DNA of 64,000 nt from Deltaproteobacteria bacterium. Its GTDB lineage: Bacteria > Myxococcota_A > UBA9160 > UBA4427. The stretch is from positions 44 to 64,043 of the forward strand of contig NZHD01000094.1 of assembly GCA_002691205.1 (NCBI GenBank), read 5' to 3'. Positions 35,677 to 44,160 of this stretch are shown in pieces. The notes below the pieces were generated by a model. It was not told the origin of the DNA. It searched no databases and saw nothing but the letters and a program-made list of their open reading frames with translations. The number at the start of each line of letters is the position of its first letter. Position 1 is the first letter of the stretch. Made by a program: the position numbers and the translations under genes.

Positions 35677-36522
35677 ATGAACCCTGATGAATTGAACCAA
35701 ACCGGCCAAGAGGCGATACAGCAGGTTCTCCAACTAGTTTCTGCTTGGGGCATGCAAGTGGTTGGTGCAATAGCCCTTCTGATTGTTGGATACTGGGTGG
35801 CCGGCCGAGCGGGGCGGGTGACGCGGCGCGCTCTTGAACGAGGCTCAGTCGACGAGCAGCTTGTTCCCTTCTTTTCGCAAACGGCGCATTACTTTGTTCT
35901 CGCGGTGGTCGTCATCGCGGTTCTTCAGCTCTTTGGAATTGAGACGACTTCCTTAGTTGCGGTCATCGGTGCGGCGGGACTCGCGGTTGGTCTAGCGCTC
36001 CAAGGAACTCTCTCGAGTTTTGCGGCCGGTGTACTTCTGCTGGTGACTCGCCCTTTCAAAATCGGAAACTTTGTTTCTGTTGGCGGCTCAGTGGGTGTTG
36101 TGGCTGAAGTCAATCTCTTTACGACAACATTGAATACTCCCGATAACATCCAGATTATGGTTCCCAATTCATCTGTGTATGGCGCAACGATCACAAACTT
36201 CAGTGCGAACCCGACGAGGCGAATTGATTTGGTGATAGGGATCTCATATGACGACGATATCAATAAGGCGATACGCCTCATTGAGGAGATCTTGGGCCAA
36301 GAGGAGAGAGTCTTAAAAGATCCAGCCCCAGTCGTAGCGGCCTCCGAACTTGGAGATTCAAGCGTGAACTTAATCGTTCGCCCATGGGTCGATTCTAAAA
36401 ATTTTGCAGCCACGCGCGGTGCTCTCATTCAAGCGCTTAAAGAGGGCTTGGAACGGGGGGGCTGTTCTTTCCCGTACCCACAACAAGACGTTCACGTCGT
36501 TTCGGCTGCCTCTTCAAGCTAG
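35677..36522 (+). CDS. Small-conductance mechanosensitive channel (MscS family)
   Basis: 3 TM helices followed by the MscS beta domain (PFKIGNFVSVGGSVGVVAEVNLFTTTL). The ATG at 35677 has an AAGGA SD. Confidence 0.85.
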   Translation: MNPDELNQTGQEAIQQVLQLVSAWGMQVVGAIALLIVGYWVAGRAGRVTRRALERGSVDEQLVPFFSQTAHYFVLAVVVIAVLQLFGIETTSLVAVIGAAGLAVGLALQGTLSSFAAGVLLLVTRPFKIGNFVSVGGSVGVVAEVNLFTTTLNTPDNIQIMVPNSSVYGATITNFSANPTRRIDLVIGISYDDDINKAIRLIEEILGQEERVLKDPAPVVAASELGDSSVNLIVRPWVDSKNFAATRGALIQALKEGLERGGCSFPYPQQDVHVVSAASSS

Positions 36523-36617
36523 GCGGCTTACATGCGGGAAGATCACTTTAATCGGGACAAGGTGTTCTGGATGGACACGCCCGTCCTTGAACTAAATTTA
36601 TAGAAAGAAATTCATTT

Positions 36618-37493
36618 ATGCGGCTCTATCAAGCCCTCTTTTTCTTGGTGCTTTTTTCTATTTCGATCCCCGCGCTCGCTAAGGAGGTTGAATTAAATAA
36701 TGGAGATAAGATTGATGTCAGTGTTGTCGAGGAGACGGACAAAACACTCGTTGTTGATCATCCGCAGCTGGGCAGGATCGTGATTCCTAAGAAAGACATC
36801 AAGCCGCCAGCTGAGCCAAACCCCGGAATATTCGGCACTTCGTTTATGAAGGGTTGGTCTAGAAATTTTGGCGCCGGTTTCTCGGGTTCCAGCGGAAATA
36901 GTACCGACGCGAGCTTTAATGCTGCATTGGCGGCATCGCGGTCAGCTAAGGACTTTCGAGGTAATTTTACGAGTGCTTTCTTTTTCGCAAGCACCGAGGG
37001 TACGCGGAATTCCAATGAATTCTTCGCCAATTACAAGCATGAGTTTTTGCTTGGAAAATCAGGCTTTTTTATTTTTCTGCAGGGCCGGTATCAGTACGAT
37101 CAGTTTCAAGCGTGGGAGAATCGTATTTCGAGCAGTACCGGCTTAGGGTACGACATTTATGAGACAGACAAGATTTTTCTCACGGGCGAGATTGGCTTTG
37201 GCTTCTCACGAACCTGGGGCAACGAGCGACAGTGGCGGCCTGAGGGAGTCGTGGGAATGACCTTTAGTTGGAAACCCCTTAAAGGTCATGAGCTGCAGCT
37301 TAACGCGACCTACTATCCCGATTTTGATGACCTGCCTGAGTTTCGGCTTTTGGCGAATGCAGCGTACATCGTAGGCATTACTCAGATCGAGGGCCTTAGT
37401 CTCCAAGTTGGTACCAAGAACGAATACGATTCCAAGCAGCCAGGAGACAACAACAATCTCAAGTATTACGGAAATCTGGTCTATGATTTTTGA
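36618..37493 (+). CDS. DUF481-family outer-membrane beta-barrel protein
   Basis: Signal peptide, alternating beta-strand pattern, and a C-terminal ...YYGNLVYDF with a terminal Phe. Confidence 0.65.
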   Translation: MRLYQALFFLVLFSISIPALAKEVELNNGDKIDVSVVEETDKTLVVDHPQLGRIVIPKKDIKPPAEPNPGIFGTSFMKGWSRNFGAGFSGSSGNSTDASFNAALAASRSAKDFRGNFTSAFFFASTEGTRNSNEFFANYKHEFLLGKSGFFIFLQGRYQYDQFQAWENRISSSTGLGYDIYETDKIFLTGEIGFGFSRTWGNERQWRPEGVVGMTFSWKPLKGHELQLNATYYPDFDDLPEFRLLANAAYIVGITQIEGLSLQVGTKNEYDSKQPGDNNNLKYYGNLVYDF

Positions 37494-37506
37494 CGGTGTC
37501 TGGCGC

Positions 37507-38502
37507 TTAAAGTTCGCCAAGCCTGAGCAGGAGAACCGCAAAAAGCTGGTCTTTGTCTGTCCAGGCCTGTTCTAATTCCCAACCTATGGGCTGTGCCATT
37601 TGAACAAAACCATCGATGGTGAACTTGTGGGAATATTCAGTACAGATACTTTCGTTGGAATCGAATTGAAATTTCTCTTCTTGGATTTGAACGACTTGGT
37701 CCGTCACGCTGACAAGGTGCATTTCAATTCGCGATTTAACCTTGTTGAAGACGGCTCGGTGTATAAAATGATCGATCTTGAAGTCGGCCCCTAACTCAGT
37801 ATTGATTCTTTGGAGTATGTTGAGATTAAATTCTGACGTGACGCCTTCGGCATCGTTATAAGCCGCTTCCAGCGTCTTAATGTCCTTGATGAGATCAATA
37901 CCAATCAGTAACTGGTCTCCGACATTCGCACAGAGCCTCTTCATCCTTGAGAGGAACGCAATTTGGCTTTCGTGCTCAAAATTTCCAACCGTCGAGCCCG
38001 GGAAGAAGAGGACGCGTTTCGAAGTCGTATCGATGTCGTCGGGCAGGGAAACTTCTTCGTTCATGTCGGCACAAATGGGCCATACCTCAATGTGAGGGAA
38101 CCTACCAGCAATGCGTTCGGAGGCTTCCATGAGGTGTTCCCGTGAAATATCGATGGGGACATATCTCTGAACTTCGTCGATCTTCTGCAGAAGATTTTCG
38201 GTTTTGGAGCTACTTCCACTCCCTAATTCGATGAGTGTGATTTTGGGCCCGACCTTGTCCGAAATTTCTCGGGCAGATTGGTCGAGAATGCTGATCTCGG
38301 TTCGAGTGGGGTAGTACTCCGCCAGTTCGCAGATTTTATCAAAGAGCTGAGAGCCCTTTTGATCGTAGAAGTATTTGCATGGGAGTGTCTTTTGGGGAGC
38401 GGTCAACCCGGTGAGCACTTCCGACAGGAGGTCGCCGGCGGGCGGATGGAGGTCATGAAGCGGCCGAGTCAGGCCTGTTGTTTTCTTTGAATTAGATTCC
38501 AA
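37507..38502 (-). CDS. egtD: L-histidine N-alpha-methyltransferase (ergothioneine biosynthesis)
   Basis: KYFYDQKGSQLFDKICELAEYYPTRTE and IELGSGSS motifs typical of EgtD. TTG start 6 nt after the egtB stop. Confidence 0.9.
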   Translation of the reverse strand: MESNSKKTTGLTRPLHDLHPPAGDLLSEVLTGLTAPQKTLPCKYFYDQKGSQLFDKICELAEYYPTRTEISILDQSAREISDKVGPKITLIELGSGSSSKTENLLQKIDEVQRYVPIDISREHLMEASERIAGRFPHIEVWPICADMNEEVSLPDDIDTTSKRVLFFPGSTVGNFEHESQIAFLSRMKRLCANVGDQLLIGIDLIKDIKTLEAAYNDAEGVTSEFNLNILQRINTELGADFKIDHFIHRAVFNKVKSRIEMHLVSVTDQVVQIQEEKFQFDSNESICTEYSHKFTIDGFVQMAQPIGWELEQAWTDKDQLFAVLLLRLGEL

Positions 38503-38508
38503 TTGAGT

Positions 38509-39774
38509 TTACCTTGCGAGGCGAATTCCGGTGAATTGCCAGCGATCGGGTGGATAGAAGAAGTTTCTGTATGTACTGCGAATATGTGATGCTGATGTCG
38601 CGCAGGAGCCGCCCCGTAGGACAAATTGTTCGCACATGAATTTTCCGTTGTACTCGCCGAGTGCTCCCTCTTCGGGCCGATAGCCTGGATAGGGTGCGTA
38701 GCTGCTGCTGGTCCATTCCCAGAGATCGCCAAAACATTGGCGAATCACTTGGGGAGAACCTTCATCATTTGCCGTTTGTGGATGGAATCGCCGCGTCTCG
38801 ACAAAGTTCCCCTTGAGGGTCGCGTCTCGACACGATATTTCCCATTCGGCCTCTGTCGGTAAGCGATGACCGGCCCATCTTGCGAAGGCTTCGGCTTCAA
38901 AGAAGCTGACGTGACTGACGGGTTCGGAGAGACAAAGCTCTCGACGGCCGGCGAGTGTAAATTCCTGAAACCCATTGGAGGTGAGGCTCCAGTAAAGAGG
39001 AAATTCCCACTTCTCGCTTTGGATGGTCGCCCAGCCTTTATCGAGCCAGAGCGCAGCAGTCTTGTAGCCCCCGTCTTCAATAAATTCCAGATATTCTCGA
39101 TTGGTAATTAATCGATCAGCTATCGAAAAGGGTTCGCAGAAGACGCGATGCCGAGGAGTCTCGTTGTCGAAGCAGAAAGCCTCTCCAGAGCTTCCTATTT
39201 CATGGAGTCCGTGAGAGGGAGTGATCCAGTTAAGACTTTTCTCTATATGGCCCTGGGGCAAGGGAAGGCTTTCCCGATATGCGGGGGCTAGAATCGTTTT
39301 AGAAAAGAGATGCTTGATGTCCGTTAACAGTAATTCTTGATGTTGCTGCTCATGGTTGAGCCCGATTTCAACAATTCTGAGTATTTCGGATCGTCTAGGG
39401 TGCTCTTCTTGTTCAAGCAGCTCGAGGATGCTCTGGTCGATGGCCTTCCGATATTCAAGCACCTCTTGCGCGCTCGGTCGAGAAAGAAGGCCGCGCTCCT
39501 CTCGAGGGTGCCGGTCGCCTTGGCCGTTGTAGTAAGAGTTAAAAAGAAAGCCGAACTCGGGGTGATAGGGCTGATATTGGTCGTCAAAAGGAGATAGGAC
39601 AAAGGCTTCGAAGAACCAAGTGGTATGCGCGAGATGCCATTTAGCTGGACTGGCATCAGGCATAGACTGCGAAGCCATGTCTTCATGTGTAAGTGATTGG
39701 CAGAGATCGTGGCTGAGCCCTCGTGTCTCGATGAACCCTTCTCTACAGGGAGCTGGACATGGACGGAGATCCAT
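38509..39774 (-). CDS. egtB: Hercynine/ergothioneine sulfoxide synthase (DinB-like plus FGE-sulfatase domains)
   Basis: SMPDASPAKWHLAHTTWFFE, NHEQQHQELLLTD and a C-terminal GGSCATSASHIRSTYRNFF...GIRLAR. The ATG at 39774 is preferred. The track ORF extends to a TTG at 39864. Confidence 0.9.
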   Translation of the reverse strand: MDLRPCPAPCREGFIETRGLSHDLCQSLTHEDMASQSMPDASPAKWHLAHTTWFFEAFVLSPFDDQYQPYHPEFGFLFNSYYNGQGDRHPREERGLLSRPSAQEVLEYRKAIDQSILELLEQEEHPRRSEILRIVEIGLNHEQQHQELLLTDIKHLFSKTILAPAYRESLPLPQGHIEKSLNWITPSHGLHEIGSSGEAFCFDNETPRHRVFCEPFSIADRLITNREYLEFIEDGGYKTAALWLDKGWATIQSEKWEFPLYWSLTSNGFQEFTLAGRRELCLSEPVSHVSFFEAEAFARWAGHRLPTEAEWEISCRDATLKGNFVETRRFHPQTANDEGSPQVIRQCFGDLWEWTSSSYAPYPGYRPEEGALGEYNGKFMCEQFVLRGGSCATSASHIRSTYRNFFYPPDRWQFTGIRLAR

Positions 39775-40224
39775 ATGCAGCTCTTTTGTATGAAAGTCTT
39801 CTTTGGGCTGAGCGGTACTCACATTTTCTCCCGTTGGAAGCCAGAGTTTAGGCGAGCCAGGCAAGAGTGGAAACGAATCTTTGCCTTTGAGGGTCTAACG
39901 GTCTGTTTTATGGAAGGTTCATATGGATATTCAGAAGGTGGGCGTGTGAGCTGGAGCACAGCGGCTCAAGGAGAAGATATGGCGATTCGGACTGCCTCGA
40001 TGGTCTCTCTGTCCGGTTCCGTGGCCATTCAGTCCATCGCCGAATCTATATGAGCAGGTGTTTACCCTTTAAGGGCTAACTCGAAGTCTTTGACAGGCTC
40101 TCTTCCTGGGCGAGGCCAGTTTTTGGCCAAATTGAGAGGGCGTTTCTTCAAGAAGCCTCAGATGCCCCCGCTCAGGGCTCCTTCTAGAAGTGGTCAGGGT
40201 CTCGGAGAGGGCCGGACGTGGTTT

Positions 40225-41250
40225 TTAATCTATGATCTTGAGGAGCTGCTTCCCGAGGTTTTTGCCTTGGTACAGGCGGAGCAGCGTAGAGGGCGCATTT
40301 TCAAAGCCCTCTTGAACGTCCTCGGCATAATCGATTTCTCCATTTTTAATCCAGCCGGAAAGTTCTCCCATCGCTTCACCTGCCCGGGCGATATGATCCA
40401 AGAGGATGAACCCTTTTACAGTCAGTCTGCGAATGACTATTTGCATATAATGCCGGGGGCCGGGCGGAAGTTGTTCTTCGTTGTAGCCAGAGATACCGCC
40501 GCAAAGGACAACTCGACCAAACCAGGCCATATTCTGAAGGGCGTCATCTAAAATCGGCCCGCCCACATTGTCAAAGAAGAGGTCGACGCCGTCCGGGAAC
40601 TCTTCACCGAGCCTTGAGTGGACGTCTTCAGATTTATAATCGATGGCCGCATCAAGGCCAGCTTTCTCGGTGAGCCAAGCACACTTCTCTGGGCCACCCG
40701 CAATGCCCACGACCTTTGAGGCCCCTCGCCTTTTGGCGATTTGAGCCGCGACGCTCCCTGTGGCTCCTGCTGCACCTGAGACGAGCACTTTGTCGCCTTC
40801 CTTTACGCCTCCGACTTCTGTCATGCCGAAATAGGCGGTGAGTCCAGTAACGCCCAGGGCACCCAGCATAATTTGAGGAGGGACACCAGCGGGAACACGG
40901 CTTAGTCCGCCCATGGGCCCCGGGTCGCCCTCAACGATGGCATGCTCTTGCCAACCCAGCATTCCTGAAACGGTTTCCCCGACTTCGAACCCGCTGTGTT
41001 TTGAAGCGATGACTTTGCCCACGGTGGAGGCTCGCATGACCTCACCAATACCCACAGGAGGAAGATAGCTTGGAACGTCGTCGAGCCACCCACGCATCGC
41101 GGGTTCAAAAGCGAGGTAGTGGTTTCGAACGTGAACTTGCCCCTCTTCGAGTTCTGGGATGGGCTCCCGAACCAGTTCGAAATCAGATTCTTTCACCATT
41201 CCGTGGGGCCGTGTTCTTAGGCGCCACTGTCCGTTTGTATTTTCAGTCAT
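40225..41250 (-). CDS. NADP-dependent alkenal/one oxidoreductase (YncB/CurA/PTGR-like MDR)
   Basis: VLVSGAAGATGSVAAQIAKRRGA Rossmann motif and a C-terminal LYQGKNLGKQLLKI typical of this subfamily. The ATG at 41250 is preferred over the TTG at 41271. Confidence 0.85.
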   Translation of the reverse strand: MTENTNGQWRLRTRPHGMVKESDFELVREPIPELEEGQVHVRNHYLAFEPAMRGWLDDVPSYLPPVGIGEVMRASTVGKVIASKHSGFEVGETVSGMLGWQEHAIVEGDPGPMGGLSRVPAGVPPQIMLGALGVTGLTAYFGMTEVGGVKEGDKVLVSGAAGATGSVAAQIAKRRGASKVVGIAGGPEKCAWLTEKAGLDAAIDYKSEDVHSRLGEEFPDGVDLFFDNVGGPILDDALQNMAWFGRVVLCGGISGYNEEQLPPGPRHYMQIVIRRLTVKGFILLDHIARAGEAMGELSGWIKNGEIDYAEDVQEGFENAPSTLLRLYQGKNLGKQLLKIID

Positions 41251-41411
41251 ATGCGGGGGTATAGTTTTCAAAGAGAATCAGCGCAAGAGGCTATGCTTTT
41301 GTTGAATAAAGCCGACGCGGCGGCGGTGAGATCGGCGAGAAAAGCACCCGTTGCCTATTTCTAGGATTTTCGGACTTTTTTCCTAAGCGGCATTCGTGTT
41401 ACCTTATCAGA

Positions 41412-42191
41412 GTGGAAAAAGAGACTCCAATATCCAGTCCGGTTCAGACTCTTCTGCTGGCCGTCGTGGTACTTCTCATGTGGCATTCGCCGGCTTCATC
41501 TGAAAGCTTCTGCACAGAGGGTTCGCTCACCCATCGGGTACAAATGGTTCTGAGTGATGACTTAGGCACGCTTGATCTCACTCTATGCACACAGGATGCG
41601 CCCATTACGGTTGAAAATTTCCTTTCTTATGTGCAAAGCGGTGCCTATACAAATACAGGGATTATTCATCGCAAGGTCTTAAGTGCCAGTTATTCAATTT
41701 TTCAGGGAGGTGGGTATTTTATTGACACGACTTCGAGCGGAACGCAATTTTTGAACAGTGTCGTGCGTCAAAATCCAATTCCCATGGAGAAGGTGCTTCC
41801 GAATGTGGCCGGCAGCATCGCGATGGCGAGAACGAACAGCGTCGACTCAGCGACTTCTCAGTGGTTTATCAACATTACAGATAATCCCGACTTTGACTCG
41901 CCTACGAATGAGTATGCTGCATTTGGCTCGGTGTCGGCGGAAAGCTTTACGACGATCGACGCGGTGGTGCCGATTCCAACGACGAGCATCAATTCGTTTT
42001 TTACCGATATCCCTGTGAACGGATACCCGGGCGACGGCAGCCCCTATCCGCCCTATTTTGTGGTGGTTTCAGAGATCATTGATCTGCCGGAGCCGAGCAG
42101 TGGACTTCAAGCCGTTTTTGCGATTCTTGGTCTTGGCTTTGTGACTCGAATTCGCAGGGCTTCATCGAAGGGTGTATCTCTTCATGCCTGA
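41412..42191 (+). CDS. Secreted cyclophilin-type peptidyl-prolyl isomerase with a C-terminal PEP-CTERM sorting signal
   Basis: Cyclophilin motifs APITVENFLSYV, HRKV..FQGGGY and GSIAMARTNSVDSATSQWFIN. The tail LPEPSSGLQAVFAILGLGFVTRIRR has PEP, a TM helix and a basic cluster. GTG start with a signal peptide. Confidence 0.85.
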   Translation: MEKETPISSPVQTLLLAVVVLLMWHSPASSESFCTEGSLTHRVQMVLSDDLGTLDLTLCTQDAPITVENFLSYVQSGAYTNTGIIHRKVLSASYSIFQGGGYFIDTTSSGTQFLNSVVRQNPIPMEKVLPNVAGSIAMARTNSVDSATSQWFINITDNPDFDSPTNEYAAFGSVSAESFTTIDAVVPIPTTSINSFFTDIPVNGYPGDGSPYPPYFVVVSEIIDLPEPSSGLQAVFAILGLGFVTRIRRASSKGVSLHA

Positions 42192-43128
42192 ACCTTTTGC
42201 GATCAATGATCGACTCCAGTGCGGCTTGGTGATTGGTGGAGGGGACAGAGATAGCGTTCTGTCCTTGGGGAAGCGGATAGAAGCCGCAGGCCTCGATTCC
42301 GCTTGGGTCGGAGATCACATTTCATTTCACATTCCTCTTCTTGAGTCTCTGACGCTTCTTTCATTTTTAGCGGGCGTCACTTCGCGTGTGCAGTTGTGCA
42401 CGGGCGTGTATCTCATGCCACTTCGAAATCCGACGACAACCGCCAAAGTGACATCGACCCTGGACGTCCTGTCAGGGGGGCGACTTAAGCTAGGTATCGG
42501 AGTCGGAGGTGAATTCCCACCTGAGTTTGAGGCCAGTGGGATCCCATTGGAAGAACGTGGTCCACGGACGGATGAGGGGCTTGAGATCTTACGTAAGCTC
42601 TGGACTGAAGATCGAGTCGAATACGCAGGAGAGCACTTTTCTTTCGGTCCAGTAACGCTCTCTCCCAAGCCGTTGCAGGTCGGGGGCCCCCCGATCATTG
42701 TTGGGGGGAGAAAAGGGCCCACCTTCAGGAGGGCCGGCACTCTGGGTGACGGTTATCTTTCGCATATGTGCTCAGCCGAGCAATACGAAGCGAATATGCG
42801 TCTGATTCATGGACATGCTGTTTCTGCAGGCCGTACGGAAGCGCCTTTTGAGCCCGGTGCTTTCATGTTTGGTGTTTTAGATGACGACTATGAGGCAGCG
42901 CTTGACCGTGCAGCGAGTCTACTGGAGATGATTTACAAACGACCTTTTCGGGATGCGGCTAAGAAGTACTGCTTATTGGGACGGGCTGAAGATTGGCTGG
43001 AGCAGATGCAAAAATTTGTCAAATCGGGAGCCCGTCATTTTGTATTTTCACTTCTCTCGGATCATGACGCTTTCTTTGAGGCCTGGGAGACGACTCTCCG
43101 GCCTGGTTTGGCGCAGATCAAAGTCTGA
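42184..43128 (+). CDS. LLM-class (luciferase-like) flavin/F420-dependent oxidoreductase
   Basis: LDSAWVGDHISFH, GGRLKLGIGVGG and other LLM-family features. The ATG at 42184 overlaps the cyclophilin stop by 8 nt. Confidence 0.85.
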   Translation: MPEPFAINDRLQCGLVIGGGDRDSVLSLGKRIEAAGLDSAWVGDHISFHIPLLESLTLLSFLAGVTSRVQLCTGVYLMPLRNPTTTAKVTSTLDVLSGGRLKLGIGVGGEFPPEFEASGIPLEERGPRTDEGLEILRKLWTEDRVEYAGEHFSFGPVTLSPKPLQVGGPPIIVGGRKGPTFRRAGTLGDGYLSHMCSAEQYEANMRLIHGHAVSAGRTEAPFEPGAFMFGVLDDDYEAALDRAASLLEMIYKRPFRDAAKKYCLLGRAEDWLEQMQKFVKSGARHFVFSLLSDHDAFFEAWETTLRPGLAQIKV

Positions 43129-43155
43129 GCCTCTGCTCTTGGCGTTACAATCTCC

Positions 43156-43980
43156 TCAAGTCATCTCGGCAACGGTGTCTTTGATGATACGCGCGATGTA
43201 GTCGAGACCGTCGGTCAGGCATGCCGGACCTGGCTGAAGAATGATTTCGGCGGGGACTTCGTGGATTCGGTTCTCAACGATGGCGTTTACGTTCTCTAGG
43301 CCGGACCGCTCTCTGAGGGCTTTCGGATCAAGCTTCTTCCCACACCAAGAAGCAAGGATCAGGTTTGGGTCGGCTTTAGAGACATCTTCTACGCTGACGT
43401 AGCGCTCTCGGGCAGCTCTTCCGTGGGCTTGATTCAGGAAGATATCTTGCCCGCCTGCGACTTCGATCAGTTCACTCACCCATGAGATGCCACTGATCAT
43501 AGGTTCATCCCATTCTTCGAAATAGACTCTTGGATGCAGGCTCAGTTTTTCACTGCGAGCACGTTGTGCTTCAAGGCCCTCGATATAGGATCCGACGAGG
43601 CTTTGAGCCTTTTTTTGTTGGCCCACTAGGCTTCCGAGTTGAACGATGACATCAAAAATTTCTTGCAATGTCCGTTGGTTAAGGATTAAGACGGGAAGGT
43701 TTGCATGTATCAATTCACGGGCCCACTCGGCTTGTACATCAGAGAACCCGATCACCAAATCAGGTTTCAGCGCTTTGATTTTTTCAAGGTGCCCATGTAC
43801 GAACGCCGAGACAATCGGCTTGTCTTGTCGAGCTTCCGGAGGGCGAACCGTGTAGGCGCTAATTCCGACGACTCGGTCTTGCTCTCCAAGCAAGTAGAAG
43901 GTTTCGGTGGGCTCCTCGGTCAAGCATACAATGCGTCGAGGTCCTTCTGGAATATGATGGTTAGCCATATACAAAAGCAT
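43156..43980 (-). CDS. BtuF/TroA-like (class III) periplasmic-binding-fold protein lacking a signal peptide and lacking adjacent transporter genes
   Basis: RIVCLTEEPTETFYLLGEQDRVVGIS and KPDLVIGFS are typical of cobalamin/siderophore-binding proteins. The N-terminus MLLYMANHHIPEGP is not signal-like. Confidence 0.7.
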   Translation of the reverse strand: MLLYMANHHIPEGPRRIVCLTEEPTETFYLLGEQDRVVGISAYTVRPPEARQDKPIVSAFVHGHLEKIKALKPDLVIGFSDVQAEWARELIHANLPVLILNQRTLQEIFDVIVQLGSLVGQQKKAQSLVGSYIEGLEAQRARSEKLSLHPRVYFEEWDEPMISGISWVSELIEVAGGQDIFLNQAHGRAARERYVSVEDVSKADPNLILASWCGKKLDPKALRERSGLENVNAIVENRIHEVPAEIILQPGPACLTDGLDYIARIIKDTVAEMT

Positions 43981-44160
43981 CCGGTCTTATAGGTATGCGT
44001 CAATCTCTTTTTTCCTCCTCCACTGGATAACAGTGAACACGGAGGAATTGAGAGTGACTTTTAAATCCGTGAAATTGATTTAGGTGTTGGATCAGTGGGA
44101 TAGGCTAGCATCTGGTCAATCTAAAGCCCTTTTAAGAGAGACTAAAAGAGTGAGAGAAGG

